The notes under the pieces: model-generated
Told to the model about the DNA's origin: nothing
Seen by the model: only the letters and a program-made list of their open reading frames with translations
Databases searched by the model: none
Assembly: GCA_963796285.1 (NCBI GenBank)
Contig: CAWCKW010000012.1
Location: 1,824,001 to 1,888,000, forward strand
Reading direction: 5' to 3'
Length of the DNA: 64,000 nucleotides
Origin: Nitrospirota bacterium
GTDB lineage: Bacteria; Nitrospirota; UBA9217
Translations under genes and position numbers: made by a program
Part shown: positions 1 to 10,226 of the stretch, piece by piece
Layout of the letters: every line of letters starts with the position of its first letter
Position numbering within the stretch: the stretch's first letter is position 1

Positions 1-905
1 TTTCCCTTGATCATTTGCAGCGTGTCGGCAACACGGGTCAATGCCTCGTCCCACGTGCAGTCGATCAACTCGCTGCCCACCCGCATCTTCGGCTGGGTCA
101 GCCGCTCTTCGTGGTGCACGGCGTCCCATCCGAAGCGGCCCCGTGCGCACAGAAAATTGTTTTGTGCCGGACTGACCCGAACCACGCGGCCCTTGTGGGT
201 CTGCAGTTTTATCGGGCAGCCGTTGCCGCAGTACAGGCACGTCGATCCTGCTTCTTCAAGGCTCCACGTCCTCGCCTTGTACTTGAACTGTCTCGTCGTC
301 AGGGCCCCGACCGGGCAGATCTCCACGCACTCCCCGCAGAACTCGCAATCGAGCGGCCGGTCGCACGACGTGCTGATGCGCGACTTGCCGCCGCGCCGCG
401 TGAACGCGAGCTCGTTCACCGCGTTCTGTTCCTTGCAGATACGGACGCACTTGCCGCACAGGATGCAGCGGTCCGTATTGCGCTCGATGACAGCCGACGC
501 GAAATCGGGCGGCAGCTTCCTTTTTACCTCCGCAAACGCGCCCTGGTCCAGCCCATGCTCATGCACGAGGTCCTGGAGCCGGCAGTCGCCCGCCTTGTCG
601 CATACCGGACAGTCGAGGGGATGGTTGATGAGCAGGAATTCAAGAATGGACTTCCGGGCCTCGAGGATCGCCGGGGACATTGTCCGGATCACCATGCCTT
701 CCGCTGCCGGCGTGACGCATGAGGCCACCATCCTGCGCGGAGTGCCCATCACCTCGACCATGCAGATCCGGCACGCGCCGTAAGGATGGAGCCGGTCGTC
801 ATTGCACAGCGTCGGCACCCGCGCTCCTGCCGCGTTCGCCGCGTCGAGGAGGGTGGAGCCGATGGGAATAGTCACGGTCTTGTCGTCAATGGTCAGGGTA
901 GGCAT
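1..905 (-). CDS. NuoG-like / NAD-dependent formate dehydrogenase alpha-like Fe-S subunit, N-terminal part (runs off the window edge)
   Basis: Not in the ORF track; translated by hand from the ATG at 905: MPTLTIDDKTVTIPIGSTLLDAA...LC...GACRICMVE...SC (2Fe-2S), HPLDCPVCDKAGDC, CILCGKCVRIC / CEFCGECVEICP, CLYCGNGC...LCARG. Lies downstream of nuoE/nuoF-like genes. Confidence 0.85.
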   Translation of the reverse strand, partial: MPTLTIDDKTVTIPIGSTLLDAANAAGARVPTLCNDDRLHPYGACRICMVEVMGTPRRMVASCVTPAAEGMVIRTMSPAILEARKSILEFLLINHPLDCPVCDKAGDCRLQDLVHEHGLDQGAFAEVKRKLPPDFASAVIERNTDRCILCGKCVRICKEQNAVNELAFTRRGGKSRISTSCDRPLDCEFCGECVEICPVGALTTRQFKYKARTWSLEEAGSTCLYCGNGCPIKLQTHKGRVVRVSPAQNNFLCARGRFGWDAVHHEERLTQPKMRVGSELIDCTWDEALTRVADTLQMIKG

Positions 906-1007
906 AATGTACAATTCCAAATCGCAAAACAATAAAAGTGCATCCGGCTAGTCTCGTCCGGGTTAGTAACTAAGTAATTAAATTCTACTCAAAACGGCAA
1001 GAATATT

Positions 1008-1291
1008 TCTCGCAAAGGCGCAAAGCGCGCAAAGAAAGGCTACATTATTTGTTTTTTTGTAACTATTCAGCTTGCTCGCAATTATTGAGAATAACAACCC
1101 GTTCAGTTCTGCGATAACAACCAGTTTCGTCATTCCCGAACGCTTTAATCGGGAATCCAGAGATTTTTAAGGCCGCTGGATCCCCGACAGGGTCATTCGG
1201 GGATGACGGACATCGGAGACGTGAATAGTTACATTTTTTTAAAGGCCAGTACTAAAGATTTTCTTGGCGTCCTTTGCGGCTTTGCGCGAGA
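1008..1291. repeat. Imperfect palindromic REP-like element (CGCAAAG-type arms) hosting a MITE
   Basis: Left arm TCTCGCAAAGGCGCAAAGCGCGCAAAG (1008-1034) and right arm CTTGGCGTCCTTTGCGGCTTTGCGCGAGA (1263-1291) are imperfect inverted repeats. A related left arm is at 56105-56131. Confidence 0.65.
1059..1232. mobile_element. MITE-like element, copy 1 (174 bp)
   Basis: TIRs GTAACTATTCA / TGAATAGTTAC; flanks GTTTTTTT / ATTTTTTT (8-bp duplication, 1 mismatch); internal GTCATTCCCG..CGGGAATCCAG / CTGGATCCCCG..CGGGGATGAC palindromes; close second copy at 56149-56321. Confidence 0.85.
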
Positions 1292-1333
1292 CGCCTTTTA
1301 GACGTTGCCTTTTGGTTCCGGGGCTGGTCCGGG

Positions 1334-2635
1334 TCAGACCCTGGCGTTCGCCTTCGCCCGGCACGACCTTTCATCGCAGCCTTCCTTGCGGATACAGCGT
1401 TCGTAATCACCACGGAAATGCCTAATGCTCGACATCACCGGCTGAAGCGCCCCTTCACCGAGGGGACAGAAGCATTTGCCTTTCATCTTGCCGCAGATGG
1501 AGAGCAGGACATCGATGTCGCTCTCCCTGCCCTCGCCCCGCATCATGCGATCGTAGATTTGGGAGAACCATCCCGTGCCTTCCCGGCAGGGAGTGCACTT
1601 GCCGCACGATTCGTGCTCGAAGAAGCGGACGATGACCGACGTCGCCTTCACCATGCAGGTCCTGTCGTCCATAACGATCACCGCGCCCGAACCGAGCATG
1701 GACCCGGTAGCAGCGAGCGAGTTGAAGTCCATCCTGACATCAAGATGCCTGGCCGTAAGCATCGGCGTCGATACCCCGCCGGGAATGATCGCCTTGAGGT
1801 CCCTGCCTTCCCTGATGCCGCCGGCATGGATATAAATGATCTCCCGGAGCGTCGTGCCCATCGGGAGCTCGTACCCGCCCGGTCTGTTCACCGCGCCGCT
1901 GACGCTGAAGATCTTCGTTCCCGTCGAACCTTCCACGCCGATCCCGGCGAAGGCATCGGACCCGAGGCCGATGACAAAGGGCACATTGGCAAGCGTCTCT
2001 ACGTTGTTCACGACCGTGGGCTTGCCCCAGGCCCCCGCATTCACGGGAAACGGCGGCCGCACGCGGGGCTGGCCGCGCCTGCCCTCAAGAGACTCGATAA
2101 GCGAGGTCTCCTCGCCGCAAATGTACGCGCCTGCTCCACAATGGACCGTGAGACCGAAGGAGACGCCTTTTTCCCCGATCTGCTTCCCGAGAAGCCCTTT
2201 CTCACCGGCCTGGTCGATCGCTCGTTCGAGAATACCGGCAACAGCGGGGTACTCGCCCCGCACGTAAATGTACCCCTGTTCAGCACCGATGGCGTAGCCG
2301 GCTATGATCATGCCTTCGATCAGAAGATGCGGGTCCTGTTCAAGGATGAAGCGGTCCTTGAACGTCCCCGGCTCGCCCTCGTCGGCATTGCAGACAAGGT
2401 ACTTCGGCGTTTTCCAGTCCATGGCCGCAAACGACCATTTCGTACCCGTTGGAAAACCCGCGCCGCCCCTTCCGCGCAGCCCGGAACGTCTTACCTCATC
2501 GATCACATCCACGGGCCGCATCGCGTACGCCTTCGTGACCGATGCGTAGGCCCCATACGCCATGGCCACATCAATGTCCGTGGAGTTCTGGATATGGGTC
2601 CTTTTGAGCAGCATTGTTTCCATCAGGTCATCCAT
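1334..2635 (-). CDS. nuoF: NADH-binding flavoprotein subunit, NuoF-like
   Basis: GLRGRGGAGFPTG, NADEGEPGTFKDR, GAGAYICGEETSLIESLEG and ESCGKCTPCREG...C motifs. Confidence 0.9.
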   Translation of the reverse strand: MDDLMETMLLKRTHIQNSTDIDVAMAYGAYASVTKAYAMRPVDVIDEVRRSGLRGRGGAGFPTGTKWSFAAMDWKTPKYLVCNADEGEPGTFKDRFILEQDPHLLIEGMIIAGYAIGAEQGYIYVRGEYPAVAGILERAIDQAGEKGLLGKQIGEKGVSFGLTVHCGAGAYICGEETSLIESLEGRRGQPRVRPPFPVNAGAWGKPTVVNNVETLANVPFVIGLGSDAFAGIGVEGSTGTKIFSVSGAVNRPGGYELPMGTTLREIIYIHAGGIREGRDLKAIIPGGVSTPMLTARHLDVRMDFNSLAATGSMLGSGAVIVMDDRTCMVKATSVIVRFFEHESCGKCTPCREGTGWFSQIYDRMMRGEGRESDIDVLLSICGKMKGKCFCPLGEGALQPVMSSIRHFRGDYERCIRKEGCDERSCRAKANARV

Positions 2636-2763
2636 TCATGACAGGCGCACAACCAATAAAAAAACCGATCGGAGACATATTCGAACAACGGTTAGAATAC
2701 GTTTTACTACGTCTCATCCTTAATATTGAGTCAAGTTTTTAAGGCTGACCGTGAAAACTCAAG

Positions 2764-2845
2764 CCCCTCACCTTAAATCCGCGTCCCGATCGGAGAGGAA
2801 AGAAACTCCCTCGCCCCATGGGCGGAGAGGGCTGGGGTCGAGGGA
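2764..2845. repeat. Degenerate CCCTCACC...GGAGAGGG palindromic REP-like element
   Basis: CCCCTCACC...CGGAGAGG...CTCCCTCGCCCC...GGAGAGGGCTGGGGTCGAGGG in the nuoE-nuoF spacer. Confidence 0.5.
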
Positions 2846-2914
2846 CCTGGTTTTTGCGATGCACTCGTCAGGTCTCGAGGTATCTGCCTCGTTACCTGCT
2901 TTTATTCAGGACCA

Positions 2915-3379
2915 TCACTCGTACTGTTTCAGGATCCCGTCTATTTTCTCCGGCGTCAAATTTCCGTGATAGTCCTCATCGACCAGCATGGCGGGAGCGC
3001 CGTCGCATCTGCCGATGCACTCGATCCTCTGGAAGGAGAAGCGTCCATCAGCGGTGACCTGCCCTTCGCCAGCACCGAGTGTGCGGCCGAGATGGTCGAG
3101 GATCGTTTCTGCGCCGAGGAGCGAACACGGGAGGTTGTGGCAGACGGAGATCACGTGTCTTCCGGCGGGCTTCCACCGCAGGAGCGCATAGAAGGTGGCG
3201 GTGCCGTAGACCTCCGACTCAGGCACGTTCAGCAGGTCCGCGATGGACCGCATCGCGTCATCGGGAAGGTGGCCGATCTCTTCCTGCACGATGTGCAGGG
3301 CGGGCAGCACGGCTGCGCGGGCGTCGGGATAGTGAAGGCGCTTCTCGTGGATCCGCGCTATTGCGCCGGGGCTCAGCAT
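2915..3379 (-). CDS. nuoE: NuoE-like thioredoxin-fold 2Fe-2S subunit
   Basis: AVLPALHIVQ...ATFY, CHNLPC and ECIGRCDGAP cysteine pattern. Confidence 0.88.
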   Translation of the reverse strand: MLSPGAIARIHEKRLHYPDARAAVLPALHIVQEEIGHLPDDAMRSIADLLNVPESEVYGTATFYALLRWKPAGRHVISVCHNLPCSLLGAETILDHLGRTLGAGEGQVTADGRFSFQRIECIGRCDGAPAMLVDEDYHGNLTPEKIDGILKQYE

Positions 3380-3381
3380 GA

Positions 3382-3861
3382 CTACCGTCTTGTCCTGCCG
3401 AACATATAACCGGCCATGTCAACATGGCTCGCGTTCATCCTCCGGATCACCGTGCTGATCTCATGGATGACATTGATCAGGACCTTGTTCCCGATGCGGG
3501 GATAGGACTCCAGGACGCGGTCGAAATCGGGACGCTGGAGCGACAACACGACGGTGCCGTCCTCCGCGACGATCGTTGAAGCGGAGTGCGGTTTGCTGTC
3601 GAAGAAGGAAAATTCGCCGAAGAAGTCGCCTGCTCTCAGCACGGTGAGCGTCATGGGGTCGCCATCGATGCTCGTCTTGGTCACATCCACCTTGCCCTTG
3701 CGAATGATATAGACGCAGGCGCAGCCTACTTCGTTCTCGCGGTACACCGTGTGACCTTCGGGAAAGGTATCGCGGGTCATGGCATTCGCCATGATCATGA
3801 GCTCTTCTTCGGTCAACCCGGCGAACAACGATATACTTTCAATGTCCCTGCTCGGTATCAT
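3382..3861 (-). CDS. Stand-alone cyclic-nucleotide-binding domain protein
   Basis: LFAGL..EE, YIIRKGKV, GDFFGEFS..D.KPHSAS; no HTH; stop lies 2 nt before the nuoE start. Confidence 0.8.
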   Translation of the reverse strand: MIPSRDIESISLFAGLTEEELMIMANAMTRDTFPEGHTVYRENEVGCACVYIIRKGKVDVTKTSIDGDPMTLTVLRAGDFFGEFSFFDSKPHSASTIVAEDGTVVLSLQRPDFDRVLESYPRIGNKVLINVIHEISTVIRRMNASHVDMAGYMFGRTRR

Positions 3862-4311
3862 GGCGTCCTCCCTGATATGACGACTCTGTTTGTCGGCTTC
3901 TTATCGCTCATCCCGCTAACGCGATCTGCTGCCGGATCCCCGGTTAAGCGAAAAACGATTGGACGTACACCACCTCAATTCACAGTTAGCAGAGGTTGTG
4001 CTGTATTGATTTCATGGCCATGGCATGAGGTCATTGTAGGTAACATATTTATTTGCAAAGGTCAATATTATTTGAAGCACCGTGTTATATTATTGTATCA
4101 AAAAGAGAACGACTGAGATCGTTGTGCGTGATCTAAAGGTACATAAGGCGCGCCGGCATATTCCACTGGTACTTTAGTCATCTCACTAAACGCCTGACTG
4201 TATAATGCACACCACTCCAGCATGTTTTTCTAATTGCAATACCTATTGAAAGAGAGTATTTTTTTCTAACTGGCCCCCCGTGAAGCAACGAATAACAATG
4301 AGAGAAACCGT

Positions 4312-7000
4312 ATGAAACGCAACGAGGCACCCATGGCATGGGAGACGATCTTTCAGGCGATCGGGCATCCTGCCATTCTTCTCGATCCTGAACATAACGT
4401 GATCGCCGCGAACAGCGCGAGCATCCGGTTAACGGGCAAGTCTCATAAGGATATAATCGGCAAGAAATGCTTTGAGATCTTCCATGGACCAGGCGCCAAC
4501 ACTCCTCCCGAGTGTTGCGCGATGAAAAAGATGCTTGCGTCGGGACGTCTGGAAACATCCGAAATAGAGATCGAATTTCTCGGAGGTTTTTTCCATGTTA
4601 CGTGCACACCTATTTTTGATGAACAGGGCAATCTGGACAAGATTCTCCATATCGCCACGGACATCACCGGGCTCAAGCGGGCCGAAAAAGAGCTGCGTGA
4701 AAACGAGGCCAAACTCAGAGCGATCTTTGAAAATTCCATCGATGCTATCGGCGTAACAAAACAGGGGACCATTCTTTTCGTGAATCAGGCGTATGTTTCC
4801 CTTTTTGGATACACCAGCAGCGCCGAACTGGTCGGTACGTCGATCCAGAAGCTCGTCGCGCCAGAAGAAGGCGATACAGTCATGGACTACACCGTAAAGC
4901 GGGAACGAAAAGAAAAGGCTCCCAATTTCTATGAAACGCGTGGGTTGAGGAAGGACGGCACGGAATTTGACCTCGATATCCACGCCTCAACCTATACGCT
5001 TGATGGTGAGATCTATTCTCTTGTCATCCTCCGGGACATCACCGAGCGCAAGCAGACGGATCAGTTGATTTCCGAATCGCTTCGATTCAACCAGGCTATC
5101 GTCTCGACCTCGCCTATCGGGATTTTCACGTACCGGGCATCCGGCCCCTGTGTCTCCGCCAACGAGTCTGCAGCTCAGATCGTCGGCACCACGTTGAACT
5201 CGCTGCTTTCTCAAAATTTCCACAAGATTGAATCATGGAAGCGATCTGGGCTCTACGCTGTTGCGATGGAGGCTCTGAAAACGGATCGATCGGTCTCATC
5301 AGAGATCCATATCATCACGACCTTTCATGCTGACAAATGGGTATATGCGGTATGCACTCCCTTCCGGTCCGCTGGAGAACCGCACCTGCTTCTCATGTTA
5401 AATGACATCACCGAGCGCAAACAGGCAGAGACCGCACTGCTCGAGGCACGGGGATTTTCCGCGAATCTGCTCCGGTATTCCGCAAACGCTGCCTTTGTCC
5501 TGGATAAGTCGCACCGGATCATGCTCTGGAACAAGGCCTGCGAAGAGCTCACCGGCTGCCGTGAGTCCGAGATGATCGGCACCACTGATCAATGGAAACC
5601 CTTTTACGGCTCCATGCGGCCAACGGTCGCAGATGTCATTATCGACAACGACCTTGGCCGTCTTCCGGATCTCTATAAGAATTATTCGCAATCAGCGCTG
5701 AACCCTCAGGGGATCAAGGGTCGAGGGGTGGTACAAGAACCTTGGAGGCAAGGACAGATACATAGTCTTTGATGCATCGCCGATCTACAACAGTACGGGG
5801 GAGCTGATCGCCGCGATCGAAACGCTCCAGGACATAACGGAGGGCAAGCGGCTTGAAAAACAGCTACTGCAGTCACAGAAGATGGAAGCGATCGGCATCC
5901 TCGCGGGCGGGGTTGCCCATGATTTCAATAATATCCTTTCGGCGATAGTCGGCTATTCTCATTTGATGCTTTCGAAAATGCCTGCGAACGATCCGCTCAA
6001 GGGGAACCTGAAAGCGATCCTCCAGGCATCGGAACGGGCAACGACCCTGATCCAGGGCCTTCTTTCGTTCAGCAGGAAACAGCTCATCAGCCCGAAGCCC
6101 ACCGGCCTCAACGATATCGTGCTTCGATTTGAAGAGTTCCTGACAAGGCTGATCAGGGAAGACATCAAGATCATCACCACCTGTGCCGGTGGTGACCTCA
6201 CGATCTTTGCCGACCGCGGACAGATCGAACAACTGCTCATGAACCTCGTTACGAACGCACGGGACGCCATGCCGAAGGGCGGGACGATCACGATCCAAAC
6301 GCGGTCCGCGCATATTGACAAGCAGTACATCGAGGAACGCGGTTACGGAAAGGCAGGCCGCTACGCGCTCCTTACGGTTTCAGATAGCGGGGAAGGGATC
6401 GATGCGGAAACGAAGAGTAAAATTTTCGAACCCTTCTTTACAACCAAGGAGCAGGGAAAGGGCACCGGCCTCGGGCTTTCGATGGTGTATGGCATTGTCA
6501 AGCAGAATAATGGATACATCGATGTCGACAGTGAACCGGGCAGAGGCACCACATTCGAGATCTACCTGCCGCTCCTGGAAGGAGTTGTTGCGGAGAAACG
6601 AAGTGAGACGGAAGACCTCCCGGCAAAGGGAGGTTCAGAAACAATAATGATCGCAGAAGACAATGAGAACATTAGAGAGCTGTTCTCCACGATACTGCAG
6701 CATTATGGATACCGCGTGATCACGGCGGTAGATGGGGAAGATGCCGTCATCAAATTCTACGAGAACAGGGACCAGGTGAAGCTGGTCCTCCTCGACGGCA
6801 TCATGCCGAGGAAGAACGGAAAAGAGGCCTACGAGGAGATTCGGGTCATCAACCCCACTATTAAGGCAATCTTTGTAAGCGGATATGCTGAAGACATTAT
6901 CAGCAGGGAAGGCCTGCTGGACCAGGGCATCAACTTTATCCAGAAACCAGTCACGCCAGTGGTTCTGCTGAATAAAGTGAGGGAAGTCCTGGATGGGTAG
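4312..7000 (+). CDS. Multi-PAS hybrid sensor histidine kinase with C-terminal receiver (one frameshift near 5720)
   Basis: Four PAS/PAC repeats ending DITxxK in 4312-5772. Continues in another frame to QSQKMEAIGILAGGVAHDFNN, N/G boxes and a receiver (5882-7000). Confidence 0.85.
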
Positions 7001-7340
7001 GTGAGCAGCTTCGTGTTCTTACGAATGACGTGCGAACATAGAATAGAGTGGTTCAAATAAAACGCGTGATCTACCCATGGTTGCCCAGGGCGGACACCTG
7101 CTTGTCCACCAACCTCCGGCCTTCCTGGAAAAGACAACCGTCACTTCTTCGCTATCAACGCGATCGCCTTCTTCGCCTTTGAGCTTTCCAAGCGCGACCG
7201 CGGCATTCACCCAGGTCATGCCGAGGCAGGACCTCCTTGATTTTGACCTGCATATCTGATAAGGTAATCCGTACGTATCATCACTATCATATTGTGCGTG
7301 CCAGCTGATAAGATTACGTACGCGGGAAGGAAAATATCCT

Positions 7341-7928
7341 ATGGCTAAAATGGAACTCCCCCATCTGAAAGAACCCGCGGAAATAAGCGGATCGACCTTC
7401 ACGACACGTATCGTATTCACCATACTGCTCTTCGCCATGCTGCTTGCCATCACGTCCCTTGGCGAAAATAACGCCACGAAAGAAATGCTGCGCACCCAGC
7501 AGCTTGCAGCTGACCAGCGGGCATCCTACCAGTCGCAGATCATCGGTGAGAATCTGTATAAGACGAATGGCCTTCGCATGGAAGCGGACCTTCTCGAACG
7601 CGGCCGGGCAATGAAGCCGAATATCAGGAAACTGTATGGGGCCATGCTGAAAGACATGAAGGCTGAAGAGATTCGCTACCGTGAGGAAAAAAAGAAGAGC
7701 GAAGCAGAGGCCATAAATCTCGAAGCAAAACGGGACAGGAACCGCGCCAAAGGTCCCTATTTCGATTATGCCGAGTTCCTCTTGCTGCTATCCATCGTCA
7801 CCGCATCGGTCTCGATCCTTTCCGTCTCTCTCCGGCTTTTCACTTTCTCCATTGGCAGTGCAGCGCTCGGCACGCTCTTTATGCTGAACGGTTATTTTTT
7901 GATCTTCACGCTTCCTTTTTTCCACTAA
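7341..7928 (+). CDS. DUF4337-like membrane protein
   Basis: N-terminal TM helix, coiled region with AADQ..YQS, then PYFDYAE..L..SIV.ASVSIL and two C-terminal TM helices. Family recognised from memory. Confidence 0.55.
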   Translation: MAKMELPHLKEPAEISGSTFTTRIVFTILLFAMLLAITSLGENNATKEMLRTQQLAADQRASYQSQIIGENLYKTNGLRMEADLLERGRAMKPNIRKLYGAMLKDMKAEEIRYREEKKKSEAEAINLEAKRDRNRAKGPYFDYAEFLLLLSIVTASVSILSVSLRLFTFSIGSAALGTLFMLNGYFLIFTLPFFH

Positions 7929-8069
7929 GCGATCAAATGAATCTGAGAAGGTCTTCTCACGACTTTTATTCGCGTGATACTTGTTGTGGATTACAGGCCG
8001 GCCTTTTCATTGTCGCAAAACATTGGCTCCACGGCAAGAGTGAATATTGTGCTACACATTACCGGCCGG

Positions 8070-8098
8070 GTGCAAAGATTTTTCAAATCTGATATAAT
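8070..8098 (+). promoter_or_regulatory. Putative sigma70 promoter with extended -10
   Basis: GTGCAA-17 bp-TATAAT with TGn directly before the -10; 43 nt upstream of the lipoprotein ATG. Confidence 0.5.
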
Positions 8099-8141
8099 GA
8101 TTTTATTCTGTTGGCTTATTTTCTGAAAGGAGGTTTGTCAC

Positions 8142-8303
8142 ATGAAAAAAAGTTGGCTGTACTTATTGATTATGCTTGTCAGTTTGCTTGTTCTTTCAGC
8201 ATGCTTTCCGGTTGTTGTACCGGGACCGGGACCGGGACCAAGACCAATGCCAGGGCCGCGTCCCATTGCCCCGCTGCCGCCACCGCCGCCGCCATTTCCG
8301 TGA
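8142..8303 (+). CDS. Small proline-rich lipoprotein (53 aa), absent from the ORF track
   Basis: AAAGGAGG RBS; MKKSWLYLLIMLVSLLVLSA|CFPVVVPGPGPGPRPMPGPRPIAPLPPPPPPFP; lipobox LSAC. Confidence 0.75.
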   Translation: MKKSWLYLLIMLVSLLVLSACFPVVVPGPGPGPRPMPGPRPIAPLPPPPPPFP

Positions 8304-8549
8304 ACACCGTGATCGTGATAACGGCAATGCCTCGCATTACATCCGATGCCAGCGGACGGGGGTTCCCGTTTCTTGTGTTGACTGGATCGGACGGTACCGG
8401 GTTGATGTACAGGCGAAGAAGATTAAACCCCTTGTAATTGTACTCGGCCTTCAGACGTATTGTATACTGTCTGAAGGCCCTTTTTTATGCTAATTGAAAA
8501 GCAATCCTTGCATGTTCCCGCTGTCGATAAACATGCGGTTGCCGGCATT

Positions 8550-9944
8550 CTATCGTTGCACCTTCTCCCGCTTCAACACCTCCCTTGCTGCAACCACACC
8601 TGAGATCGAAGCCTGTATCAGCCCTCGCGTCACCCCTGCGCCGTCGCCGATCGCAAATAGGTTTTTCACCTCGGTCTCAAGACCCTGCGTCAGCTTGATC
8701 TTCATGGAATAGAACTTCACCTCAACGCCATAGAGCAGAGTATCACCGGAGTTCACTCCAGGCGCCACATTGTCAAGCGCTTCGAGCATCTCGGTGATAT
8801 TATGAAGATGACGGTACGGCAGGACAAAGCTCAGGTCGCCGGGCGTTGCATCTTCGAGCGTGGGCCGCACCGAACCCTCGACAATGCGCTCCGGCGTTGA
8901 ACGCCTTCCCATCTTGAGGTCCCCGAGCCGTTGCAGGATCACCCCGTTGCCAATCAGGTTTGCAAGGCCGGCGATGTATCTGCCGTACGCGATCGGCTCA
9001 TCAAACGGCCTGGTGAAATCCGTGCTTACAAGCAGAGCAAAGTTCGTATTGTCCGTGGTCCTGCTCCGGTAACTGTGGCCGTTCACGCTGTATACTCCCT
9101 CGCTGTATTCCTTCACCACCTCGCCATAGGGATTCATGCAGAACGTACGCACCCGGTCGCGAAATCTTTTTGAGTAATAGATGAACTTCCCCTCGTACGC
9201 GATATCCGTTATGTCCTTCATGATATGCGCCGGGAGCTCTACCCGCACGCCGATATCCACGGGGTTTTTATGGACCGACAGCCCGAGACGCTTTGCCTCT
9301 CCGGAAAGCCAGGTCGAGCCTTCCCTGCCGGCTGCCGCTATGACGTAGTGTGCGTCAAATGAATTCCCGTCCTTCGTTGTGACGCCGGTCACCTCCCCGT
9401 TCGCCGCCCTGATCTGTTCTACCGGTACATCAAATATGATGTCTACTTTTCCGGTGAGATGTTCTCTGACCTTTCTCAGGACCTCCTTGCAGAGGTCCGT
9501 GCCGATATGGCGAATGCGCGCGGGGATCAGTTCGAGGTTGTAACCCGCGGCCTTTTTCTTGAGATTGGCAAGTGCCGCATTGTCCTCGCCATGCACCGCG
9601 CCTCCTGCGCCAAAGGACAGGTAGATTGCGTCCACGTAGTCTATATAGGTTGACAGTTCTGTTGCGGAGAGGTAATCCTTCAGCCACCCGCCGAATTCGG
9701 GAGTGAGCGTCAGCTTGCCGTCGCTATACGCGCCCGCCCCGCCCCAGCCGCACAGGATGCTGCAGAGGCTGCACTGTATGCAGGGAATTTCTGATTCGAT
9801 CATGGGGCAGGAACGTTGCTGAATATCGCTGCCCTTTTCAATAAGAAGGACCTTGAGGCCGGAGCTCTTGACAAGTTCAAGCGCCGCGAATATGCCCGCG
9901 GGCCCGGTGCCGATGATGATGACGTCGTAGGAGGAGGAAGGCAT
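8550..9944 (-). CDS. NAD(P)/FAD-dependent oxidoreductase (COG2509-like)
   Basis: DVIIIGTGPAG Rossmann motif, Cys-rich insert, GWGGAGAYSDGKL, RHIGTD, GVRVE, RTFCMNP, GDGAGVTRG. Confidence 0.85.
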   Translation of the reverse strand: MPSSSYDVIIIGTGPAGIFAALELVKSSGLKVLLIEKGSDIQQRSCPMIESEIPCIQCSLCSILCGWGGAGAYSDGKLTLTPEFGGWLKDYLSATELSTYIDYVDAIYLSFGAGGAVHGEDNAALANLKKKAAGYNLELIPARIRHIGTDLCKEVLRKVREHLTGKVDIIFDVPVEQIRAANGEVTGVTTKDGNSFDAHYVIAAAGREGSTWLSGEAKRLGLSVHKNPVDIGVRVELPAHIMKDITDIAYEGKFIYYSKRFRDRVRTFCMNPYGEVVKEYSEGVYSVNGHSYRSRTTDNTNFALLVSTDFTRPFDEPIAYGRYIAGLANLIGNGVILQRLGDLKMGRRSTPERIVEGSVRPTLEDATPGDLSFVLPYRHLHNITEMLEALDNVAPGVNSGDTLLYGVEVKFYSMKIKLTQGLETEVKNLFAIGDGAGVTRGLIQASISGVVAAREVLKREKVQR

Positions 9945-9949
9945 GGCTT

Positions 9950-9978
9950 ATTATAGCGCCTGATGAGACAAAAATCAA
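9950..9978 (-). promoter_or_regulatory. Sigma70 promoter, probably giving a leaderless mRNA
   Basis: TTGATT-17 bp-TATAAT ends 5 nt before the ATG at 9944; no SD sequence. Confidence 0.6.
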
Positions 9979-10226
9979 TTTCACCTGTCACGAACGCGCT
10001 CGTATCTGTTCGGTTAGCGTAGATTTAAATGCAAAGAGATTGCAGAGTGGTTGCGCAAAAACAAAAGGGATTCCCGGATATGTTAATTGTGTAAGGGAAG
10101 TAATCAAAGCGGGAAATATTTCTCCCGCTGGTCGAAATGACAAAACGAAACTATCGTTGTGACTTTTGCAAGAGACTCCGCTTTAAAACACATCTGCGCC
10201 CGCAGCTACCCACTCAAGCTGCCGGC

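Noticed and set aside
1274-2641. Long antisense ORFs (e.g. 1274-2641, 17247-18323, 60576-61772)
   Set aside because: These are shadow frames of GC-rich genes and show no recognisable motifs.
7019-7255. Short minus-strand ORF fragments here and at 59901-60102
   Set aside because: No recognisable family, and they need frameshifts to assemble; they cannot be supported from sequence alone.
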